IMG/VR virus record: IMGVR_UViG_3300020122_000089
Location: 40,059-104,058 of that record
Reading direction: 5' to 3' (one strand)
Source of the DNA: a virus
DNA length: 64,000 nt
Made by a program: the position numbers and the translations under genes. Of the stretch, positions 26,801 through 33,444 are shown piece by piece (within the stretch, counting starts at the first letter, position 1; each line of letters begins with the position of its first letter). The notes beneath the pieces were generated by a model. It was not told the DNA's origin. It was given only the letters and a program-made list of their open reading frames with translations, and ran no database searches.

Positions 26801-29594
26801 CCCGCTGTTTCTGTCCTTTATTGCGCTCTATTAATTCCTCTGTGCGTAAACAGCCGCAAGATTTAGTGACGCGATCATAGAGGCGCCTGGGCCGTGCAAG
26901 GATTTCGTTACCGCAATCACACTTACAAACATATCGAGTACGTACGTACCGTCCGATGGCAACCTGAACCCTCCGTATGACTGTCAGGCGGCCTACCCTG
27001 GGCGGAATTGGAAGCGCTGGATACATGCTTACTCAAACCTCAGACCGGGCATTGGCACGGGGTTATTAGTTTAGCCTCTTCACCCGTTAGTCGTTGAACG
27101 TTCCTGCCTACTGCTAAGCTATTCGGCAGGCTTCGCTGCTGATTGTCCTTTGAAAGGAGTTCCCAGCAATTAACCCGGTTTATCCTGGGCTGTTGATTCA
27201 ACCCATGTGGAGCCTTTAGCGCCGACCCCTCATAAGTGAGGTAATCATTCGCCGTAGTCCCCGTTGGCACTGTGTCGCACGTGATGACGCTCGTTGAGCG
27301 GTTGTTACCACCTGGGTCAACAACCACTCCGGTTGTAGGAGCGCCACGCGCTACGTTTGTAGTACCGTTTACGAAGTGAATACGTGCTCCGTCTTTTACT
27401 TTGAAGGAGCCGAACGTGCCGCCGTCTGCTACGGTTACGGCGCAGGTTACTGTACCGTTAGCACCTGTAGTAGCACTCTTGACTACCGCTATTGCACCGT
27501 TCTTAGAACCTGCAATTTGGAAGTCCAAAGTCTTCTTGGAGGCTTCGGTTTGGAGGAGGTAGAGGTCGCTGATTTTGTCAATCAGTGCATCGCCTCCGAT
27601 GTTGTCGAACACGTCCCCCGAAATAAGGAACGCGGTTGCGTATCTTGCTGGAAAAATCCGCATGTCATTACGGTCCTCCAACGGTTCAATTTCCGTTGGC
27701 CCGGGCCATCGCATCGTCTTGAACAGACGCCTCTCCGTTTGGTCTCTCACGCTACTAGATTCTTCCGGAAGAATTAGTTTGCGCCCCGTTCCCGTTTCAG
27801 GGTCCGAGTCTATTAGGGGTGGTTTACATAATCCACGTCGCCGTAGATTGAGTCCAATGTTTGAACTGCGGATTATCGGCAACTGGCATTGCTCCGCCTT
27901 CAGTGAAGTCGGTCTTGTTACTAGCTCTTTTTGTAAAGAGCCGGACGGGTCATTTCTGCCCATCTCTGCATTTTTCAATGCAGCCCGGACTATATCATAA
28001 ACTTTACCTTGATTTTCCTCAAGAAATGTGCTATAATGACGCACATGTATAAAGCGAAAAGCCTTGTCGGCCAAAGATTCGGACGTCTCATCGTTGTTGC
28101 GTTCTCGCATAGAAACGACAAGAAGAGGTCGAACCATTGGCTCTGTCAATGTGATTGTGGTGGGACGGCTACGCCATCCTCTTACGCCTTGAATTCTGGT
28201 CATACCCAATCCTGCGGATGTTATCACGCAGATTGCGCACGTGCTCAAGGTCATAAAAGTCGCAAACATGGAATGTCTAGGACGGCTGAATACTACGCTT
28301 GGAATTCCATGAAGGGTCGCGTTCTTTTTTCTCATCATCCTGGATATCCGGATTATGGCGGTCGAGGTATCACTATCTGCGACCGCTGGCTTGATCCGGA
28401 GCATGGGTTTGAGAATTTTTTGGAGGATATGGGGCCACGGCCTCATGATCAACTCTCTGTAGAACGCATGAATAACCACGGTAATTACGAGCCAGGAAAT
28501 TGCAAGTGGGGAACGGATACTGAACAGGCTCGAAATAAGCGCAGTAATCATCCTCTGACTTTTAACAACAAAACCCAGCCTATGTCCGCCTGGGCGGAGG
28601 AAACTGGATTGCCATATCACATTATCAGCCATCGTATTCGTGCTGGCTGGAGTGTCGAACGGGCGCTGACTGAACCTATCAATCAATCGTATTCCCGTCG
28701 AAAAAGGTAAAGCCCTGGGGCGCTGTTTGGCGTTACTAAGATTAGCTCTTTCGGCCATAGTCTCTGGACCTTCCTACCTACTTTTATGCTATTCGGTAGG
28801 CTTGGCTGCTGATTACCATATCTCGCGGTTGAGATTTAGGCTTCCAGCAATTCACCCCATTCATGTTAGATGTCACCATCTAACAGCCCATTGTGCATAG
28901 GAGTCGGATGCCGGCGGGCGGTCGTAGAAAGGAATTCTGTAACCCCGTTGATTGACCTGTATGGCCTTCCCTTTATGGAAGCGGTTGTACAATTTTTGTT
29001 GCGTTCCTTAGAACGGATGGATATTTTCATTCCACCTCTTACGGTTCAGATTTCCGCAAGATCGGACTGTTGCATAACCTAACAAATCAGGCCCCTCTTC
29101 GCTCAGTCTCTCACGGTAAAGATTTTTCTCTTTTTCCGCCTCGTTACCATGTTGCAGGTTTCGAGTCAATAAGAAGAGGTTTTCATCTATCGTTTTCACG
29201 GTAAATGCCCCGTATTTTGATGCCCAGGGTTTGGCTCTCTTCGAACTGTTTTTCAATCTCGGGATTGACAGCAGTCCTCACTACGGCTTCAAATTGGCTA
29301 AAAACAAGCTCCCGGTTTCTGGCGATTTTTCTTTTTCGCCAGCCCAGACTGTCGCATCACCCTTTTGGGCGCCTTCTCGCTCAGTCGTTTACGCCGCTCG
29401 GATTCATACCGCTCGTATAACGTTGGTCTCGTTAATTCGGATTCAACAATCCGTCCTAACTGTTTCCAAAGTTTATCTGCCAATACTTCATCCTGCTTGC
29501 GCATTGTTCCCGTTTCAGGATTCAACTCAATCAGAGAAGGTTGTTTTCCAAAGGAGGCTGTATCGCTACAGGGCTGGCCGAGCTTTTCAGCCAT
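23889..29594 (-). CDS. major capsid protein, 421 aa, in 11 exons: 29594-29589, 29311-29225, 28989-28899, 27909-27864, 27670-27201, 26266-26241, 26037-25852, 25623-25570, 24615-24509, 24264-24157, 23973-23889
   Basis: Exons sum to 1266 nt and give one open frame: MAELVFSQFEAVVRTAVNPEIEKQFEESQTLYNRF...SYFTEGGAMP...APHGLTDLVNNDTGEIQGQLRS...KYDLGATRFGCH...AVAFA*. Shine-Dalgarno AAGGGGG before the ATG; position downstream of scaffold; motifs typical of HK97-fold capsids. Confidence 0.85.
23974..24156 (-). mobile_element. group I intron 10 (183 nt, no endonuclease ORF)
   Basis: P3 CCUCUUC/GAAGAGG; P7 GACUA/UAGUC; P9.0 CU/AG then G; short P1; junction gives Y-D-L-G-A-T. Confidence 0.8.
24265..24508 (-). 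mobile_element. group I intron 9 (244 nt, IA-like, ORF-less)
   Basis: P1 GAGCU/GGCUC; P4 UUCGGU/ACCGAG; P7 AGAGACUA/UAUAGUCC; ends GAUG. Confidence 0.9.
24616..25569 (-). mobile_element. group I intron 8 (954 nt, IA-like) with antisense HNH gene in P8
   Basis: P1 GGAUUUCU-GUAA-AGAAGUCC; P7 AACGACUA/AUAGUCU; ends AAACG; junction gives M-D-F-T-D-V. Confidence 0.9.
24744..25376 (+). CDS. intron-encoded HNH endonuclease (antisense to intron 8)
   Basis: GRLTV..CLCDCG..SCGC..YGGRGI..LERKNNDGNYDPDNCKW. Promoter TTGACA 24704, 18 bp, TATAAT 24728. Confidence 0.9.
   Translation: MPQKFGRLTVLGRSYNNPSKFQFARWTCLCDCGNIVEPLAIHVRSGNTQSCGCLQREAASRQGKANATHGLSGTPEAYIYYAMLQRCFNPEHPSYQNYGGRGITVCERWIGAEGLANFLADLGPRPSSDLTLERKNNDGNYDPDNCKWDTRDNQNRNYRRNRFLTFNEKTQCIADWASETGLSHDTISYRLAHGWSVEKTLTTPTKNSLK
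25624..25851 (-). mobile_element. group I intron 7 (228 nt, no endonuclease ORF)
   Basis: P1 GUCU/GGAC; P3 UCGCCU/AGGCGA; P7 covariant GAACA/UGUUC; ends AACG. Confidence 0.85.
26038..26240 (-). mobile_element. group I intron 6 (203 nt, ORF-less)
   Basis: P1 CACU/GGUG; P3 CCUUCUC/GAGAAGG; P7 GACUA/UAGUC; P9.0 UU/AA then G. Confidence 0.85.
26267..27200 (-). mobile_element. group I intron 5 (934 nt, IA-like) with sense HNH gene in P8
   Basis: P1 UGGGUUG/CAGCCCA; P7 AACGACUA/AUAUAGUCU; ends AUUG; junction gives H-G-L-T-D-L. Confidence 0.9.
26337..27026 (-). CDS. intron-encoded HNH endonuclease (intron 5)
   Basis: GRLTV..CKCDCG..SCGC..YGGRGI..LERIDNNGNYEPGNVKW; ORF ends at the P7 3' strand. 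Confidence 0.9.
   Translation of the reverse strand: MYPALPIPPRVGRLTVIRRVQVAIGRYVRTRYVCKCDCGNEILARPRRLYDRVTKSCGCLRTEELIERNKGQKQREAAAAGNRTHGRSHTVEYELYCAMLTRCRRKSGISYPNYGGRGIKVADRWIGEHGFENWIADVGERPSPEHSLERIDNNGNYEPGNVKWATKKEQMRNTRRNHMITLDDVTQCITAWAETLNVKAAAIHYLIKKGFPDTEALRMLIKKTQKDIV
27671..27863 (-). mobile_element. group I intron 4 (193 nt, ORF-less)
   Basis: P1 AGUUCAA/UUGGACU with U.G; P10 CAUUG/UAAUG; P7 GAGACCA/UGGCCC (one mismatch); ends ACCG. Confidence 0.8.
27910..28898 (-). mobile_element. group I intron 3 (989 nt, IA-like) with antisense HNH gene in P8
   Basis: P1 CCUAU/AUGGG; P4 UUGCUG/CAGCAG; P7 AGAGACUA/UAUAGUCC; ends ACCG; junction gives S-Y-F-T-E-G-G. Confidence 0.9.
28045..28710 (+). 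CDS. intron-encoded HNH endonuclease (antisense to intron 3)
   Basis: GRLIV..CQCDCG..SCGC..YGGRGI..ERMNNHGNYEPGNCKW. Leaderless ATG 7 nt after TATAAT 28032. Confidence 0.9.
   Translation: MYKAKSLVGQRFGRLIVVAFSHRNDKKRSNHWLCQCDCGGTATPSSYALNSGHTQSCGCYHADCARAQGHKSRKHGMSRTAEYYAWNSMKGRVLFSHHPGYPDYGGRGITICDRWLDPEHGFENFLEDMGPRPHDQLSVERMNNHGNYEPGNCKWGTDTEQARNKRSNHPLTFNNKTQPMSAWAEETGLPYHIISHRIRAGWSVERALTEPINQSYSRRKR
28990..29224 (-). mobile_element. group I intron 2 (235 nt, ORF-less), junction non-canonical by 1 nt
   Basis: P1 CCCUG/CGGGG; P3 CCUCUUC/GAAGAGG; P7 GAGACUG/CAGUCC; removal restores T-L-Y-N-R-F. Confidence 0.8.
29312..29588 (-). mobile_element. group I intron 1 (277 nt, no endonuclease ORF) after MCP codon 2
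   Basis: P1 UGGCU/GGCCA with U.G; P10 AAGCUC/GAGCUU; P3 CCUUCUC/GAGAAGG; P7 GACUG/CAGUC; terminal G. Confidence 0.85.
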
Positions 29595-29688
29595 ACCGTA
29601 ATCCCCCTTTCTTTCCTAATCCTTGCCTACGCTTTTCTTCCGGAAGAACCGGAATACTCGGCGCGTTACTCATGCTCTTGATTACGGT

Positions 29689-29817
29689 GACGATTCCGTG
29701 GTACGTCAAACATTTCTTTTTGTTTCCGCTTCAATCCATTTGGCCGGAGGCGAGTCGGCGGTACGCCTTTTTTGGATTGAAACTGAGGGGTGCGGATGGC
29801 GAATCCGCGAGTACGCC
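29689..29817 (-). promoter_or_regulatory. three copies of a hairpin motif GRCG-UAC-N-GANU-CGYC in the MCP leader
   Basis: Copies at 29798-29817, 29749-29767 and 29689-29707, with a compensatory G-C to A-U change. Confidence 0.45.
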
Positions 29818-29854
29818 TATTAGTGATCTTTATAGGATCATGGAATAAGGCGAT

Positions 29855-30094
29855 TTAATATCGTTGTAGAATTTCAGTATCGCGCCATATTGGTTTTACC
29901 AAGAAGAATGCCGCCCTTAAATTCTTTCTCCTTTTAATGACGTAGGGGGTGGTATGTGTCAATAGCCGCCAAATCGCTCTAATATGACGTATAACCGGAA
30001 GCCTCTTCCATGGTGGCTGTCTGTATAGACGTCCTGCGGCAAAAAGCGAATCTAGGTATGCCTGTCCTTTTGGCGTAAGAGATATTTTCTCCAT
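29855..30094 (-). CDS. hypothetical protein
   Basis: 79-aa ORF in operon orientation. Confidence 0.45.
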   Translation of the reverse strand: MEKISLTPKGQAYLDSLFAAGRLYRQPPWKRLPVIRHIRAIWRLLTHTTPYVIKRRKNLRAAFFLVKPIWRDTEILQRY

Positions 30095-30100
30095 GGCGAT

Positions 30101-30301
30101 TTAATAAAACCCGCATCTTGCACCGCGGTCACGGTCCTTCCCACTAATAAGATCCTCAACGGTAGATTGTCGCTGAATCGTCACGTTGACGTTCACATTG
30201 TTGCGGGCGATGTCTGTAATTGCCTGAGCAAGTATTTTGGCATCGCGATCACTATTCCACTCCTGACTAATAATCGTAATTGTTTTTGTAGGTGTCTCCA
30301 T
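30101..30301 (-). CDS. hypothetical protein
   Basis: 66-aa ORF in operon orientation. Confidence 0.5.
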   Translation of the reverse strand: METPTKTITIISQEWNSDRDAKILAQAITDIARNNVNVNVTIQRQSTVEDLISGKDRDRGARCGFY

Positions 30302-30331
30302 ATTGAACGCCTATTCTTCCGGAAGATTTAA

Positions 30332-30570
30332 TTCCTTGAATCCGCACCGGCCAGAACGTATACGTTTTACTAGCGATCACTCGACCTATCGTCCATTTTC
30401 AAACCCGGCGATCAGCCCGAGCGCGATAGGCATCACGTCCCGTTTATACCTTGTCGGCCGCCGGAAATTCAAAAGGAAGGCTAACTATCCCGTCTTCGGG
30501 CTGCCGGTACAGCGTGACGGGCTCTCCTTCTGAATAGCCATAACACTCACGGCGGTGCGGATTCAAGGAA
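30332..30570 (-). ncRNA. candidate structured RNA closed by a perfect 18-bp inverted repeat
   Basis: TTCCTTGAATCCGCACCG (30332-30349) and its reverse complement (30553-30570); nested stems AUUCAGAAGGA/UCCUUUUGAAU, CCCGUC/GACGGG, CCUAUCG/CGAUAGG. Confidence 0.55.
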
Positions 30571-30580
30571 CAGTGACGTT

Positions 30581-30731
30581 AGCACGGGGTCGGTCGCTAC
30601 TCCGACCTAACCCCTGGGATTACGCTCGCTTCATCCAAAGGTATCTAATACCCTCGCGGGCTACATTTCTCACTCAACAACTTGCGATCATTGTAGAGTG
30701 GACGTGTCTTGCATTCCCACGCCGCCCGTGC
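30581..30731 (-). ncRNA. tRNA-like RNA with expanded anticodon and variable arms
   Basis: 7-bp acceptor stem GCACGGG/CCCGUGC, D-like GCGUG/CACGU, CACUC/GAGUG arm, T-like GUCGG-AGUAGCGA-CCGAC; no encoded CCA. Confidence 0.6.
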
Positions 30732-30757
30732 CGTACGCCTCACCTTCAATGGCAATA

Positions 30758-30786
30758 ATAATAACACATTCCGGGTTGTTTGTCAA
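30758..30786 (-). promoter_or_regulatory. sigma70-type promoter driving the ncRNA locus
   Basis: TTGACA, 17 bp, TGnTATTAT. Confidence 0.7.
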
Positions 30787-30812
30787 GTGTTTTCTTCCGG
30801 AAGATTTTCGCA

Positions 30813-32312
30813 CTAACCCGGAAGCCCTAACCCTGCTTGCTTCAATCTTGCCCTTACGGCGGCGCGAGTGCCTTCGATGTCGCCGGGCTGCGTTTGTGCT
30901 GGTTTTGGTGCACCGGAAGGAGGGTTCGACCCGCCAGGAATCTCTACCCTCTTTCTTGTGTTATCGGATTTTTGTTTTGCTTCACGCGCCTTAGCTACGA
31001 TTGGGCCAAATAGTTCTTTCGCCTCTTCAGCCATTGCGTTTGCGCGAAGGGTAGAGATGACCGCCATAGCGTCAAGTCCCCGCTGTTCATACTTTTGGCG
31101 GTTCTCAATAGTCGAAGCCGTTGCGGCTTGCTTGAGCCATTTCTTTGCGGTGGCCTTCGCGGTCTGAAAGTTTGGGTCGCTTGCCAATCTTTCTTTCGTC
31201 AGCGTCTTGAGGCGATCAGCGAGCCCGGGTCTGTCTTTTGGAACCGAAGATTGATACGTTTCTTTCAAGTCTTTGTCTAACGCATCTGCAAGGTATTGCT
31301 CGACCCTTGATTCGGCACGGCGCTCTGCTTCTTCTGCGGATTGCCCTTGAATTTTTTCTTGCCCGCCACGGAGATTTTCAATCTCTTTTCTAAGTGCTTC
31401 TGTTTCACGGCGGCGCGTGTCAAGCTCTTGCTGGATGCGGGACTGTTGAAGAAGGGCCCGTTGCTGTTCATCTCTGATGCCATCAATAGTGCGAACATGT
31501 ACAGGGTCGCTGAGATCAAGTTGAAGCCTTTGGGCGATTTGCTGTGGCGTTTCTACACCCTGCGGCCCTTGCTGCGGCGGTTGCTGATTGAGTGGCATAG
31601 CACTCGTTCCGCCATTTATGCGCGAGTAGATCGCTTGCATGATGTCGGGACTTTTCGCAACTACGTTGATGATGTTGTACATCGTCTCGCCATCGGTACC
31701 CGCAACCCGTTTGGACATGAAATCCCAAACTTGATTTAGTTGCTCGAACTGAAAGCGCCCTTCGTCGGTATTAAGATCAAGGGGTTGACCTTCTAACGCT
31801 TTTATCCTGCCTGCAATCTCGGGCCAGAATTGCGCCTCCATGACCGTGTCAACCAAAGCGTCGTGATATTCTGGCTCTTCGGTGGCCATCTTCGCCAACC
31901 CCTCGGCGGGCTTGAAATCCTCAAACGGAACGTCGGTTGAAAGATAGACACCACGACCCTGAGAGGATCGGGTAGTCTCTAGCTCCTGCTTGAAAGCATC
32001 ACGTTCGCGTACGGCTTCGTCGCGTTCGTATTTGCGCTTTTCATACGCAGAGCGAAACTCTGTTAATCCTTCAGATTTTGAAAGATCGAGCTTAGAGATT
32101 TCTTCGTCGGATAAAGGTTGTCCGGATTGGCGCTGCCCTTCATCTGTTGCGGGCGGTGTTTCTTGCTGACCGTCTGTTCCTGCCGCCACTGAAGCGGATG
32201 GCGCACTGCGATCCGCTTGTGGTGGTGGCTGATTACCCGACGCCGGCGGCGGACTGCTTTCACCACCCCCTAAGCCAAGATCGATTTCAGATTCTACAAA
32301 TGATCCGTCCAT
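30813..32312 (-). CDS. putative capsid scaffolding protein
   Basis: Acidic disordered N-terminus, long coiled coils, Pro-rich linker and C-terminal helix; upstream of MCP; GGAGGGG Shine-Dalgarno. Confidence 0.65.
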   Translation of the reverse strand: MDGSFVESEIDLGLGGGESSPPPASGNQPPPQADRSAPSASVAAGTDGQQETPPATDEGQRQSGQPLSDEEISKLDLSKSEGLTEFRSAYEKRKYERDEAVRERDAFKQELETTRSSQGRGVYLSTDVPFEDFKPAEGLAKMATEEPEYHDALVDTVMEAQFWPEIAGRIKALEGQPLDLNTDEGRFQFEQLNQVWDFMSKRVAGTDGETMYNIINVVAKSPDIMQAIYSRINGGTSAMPLNQQPPQQGPQGVETPQQIAQRLQLDLSDPVHVRTIDGIRDEQQRALLQQSRIQQELDTRRRETEALRKEIENLRGGQEKIQGQSAEEAERRAESRVEQYLADALDKDLKETYQSSVPKDRPGLADRLKTLTKERLASDPNFQTAKATAKKWLKQAATASTIENRQKYEQRGLDAMAVISTLRANAMAEEAKELFGPIVAKAREAKQKSDNTRKRVEIPGGSNPPSGAPKPAQTQPGDIEGTRAAVRARLKQAGLGLPG

Positions 32313-32362
32313 GATGTTGAATTACCCCTCCTTTTTCGTTTCTTCCGGAAGAAAAACTACCA

Positions 32363-32851
32363 CTACTTACCCAGCACAGCCTGCATTGCCGCGCTCTGCT
32401 TCTTGACGTAATCCGCTAGTTCTCGCTCTGTCTTTGGTGCATTCGGGCTTGCTGCCGGAGCCGAGCTATAGAATGCCTCGACTGTGCTGATGGTCGCATT
32501 CAGAATTATCCCTGCCGTGCCTAGCTGTGGGACATTGGCGAAGTCGCCTACTATCGGCGTGACCGTGTTGGCAAACTTCCTCACCGCCTCAAACTTATCG
32601 ACCTTAGTCTTCGCTATATTGAAGTCGCTTTCGAGCACGCCGAACGCATCAAGTAGTTTGTTGGTATCTGCGGTATAGGCGTCGCGTTGAGCCGGAGTGA
32701 TCTTATGCTGATCCACTAGTATTTGGATGACCGGAGTGAACGCGGTGATAGCGGACTTGAGTGGCGCGATTGGTATTCCGCACGCCACGGTAAACACGCT
32801 CATAGTCCAGATCAGGGTGGCGAGTGATGCAGCGGTTAGTTTACGAGTCAT
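32363..32851 (-). CDS. putative lipoprotein
   Basis: Lipobox-like TVAC after a hydrophobic N-terminus; AAGGAG Shine-Dalgarno. Confidence 0.6.
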   Translation of the reverse strand: MTRKLTAASLATLIWTMSVFTVACGIPIAPLKSAITAFTPVIQILVDQHKITPAQRDAYTADTNKLLDAFGVLESDFNIAKTKVDKFEAVRKFANTVTPIVGDFANVPQLGTAGIILNATISTVEAFYSSAPAASPNAPKTERELADYVKKQSAAMQAVLGK

Positions 32852-33444
32852 TTTGGTTCTCCTTTTGAGTTAGCAGGGTTCTGGTCCAATATAATCAACA
32901 ACGTCAATCTTACCCTCGAACGATTTGATATCATCGTTGAAGTCGCGCTTTAGCTGATGATTGAATCCAGCTAGAGACTCGGCAAAGCGATTGACACCTT
33001 CTATGTTGTCTTCATTTACAACAAAATGGATTGCTACCTTGATCTCTTTCAGCTTCACCTTGGTTCTCCTTTTCGTTGGGACACTATGGAATAGTCAACG
33101 TAAACGGCAGCGACATTGCTCCATCTGGGTTCCGACAGATCAGCACATGAGCGCCCGGCGCAAGATCGAGATGCTTAGCACTGCGAAATGAATCATCAAA
33201 CGGTTGCGCCGGCGTCATCTCGATATCCATTCCATCTAGTGTAAACCTCGCGATATACGGTGCATTCGTTGTGTAGGCGACGATCCTCTGTTTGTTACGC
33301 CGATAGTGAGTCTCAGGGTCGATGACTGGTCCGCCGGTCCCCAGGCAGCCTCGCGCATCGCAGACTAACACGAATCACACACAGAGGAAAGTGTGATTGA
33401 TTGGCCGTAGTATAGCACAGATTGCGAGAGAAGCGGTGAACTAC

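Noticed and set aside
27040-28758. 572-aa ORF in the track as a real protein
   Set aside because: It is a chance chimera of the antisense strand of the intron 3 HNH gene, intron sequence, exon 4 read out of frame, and capsid exon 5
25399-29594. ORFs 29298..29594, 29008..29256, 26079..26267 and 25399..25962 as separate genes
   Set aside because: They are exon-plus-intron read-throughs explained by the spliced capsid model
30332-30731. tmRNA, SRP RNA, canonical tRNA or retron msr-msd
   Set aside because: No G3.U70 or tag ORF, no SRP domain IV motif, no 7-nt anticodon loop or TTCRA T-loop, and no reverse transcriptase gene in the window
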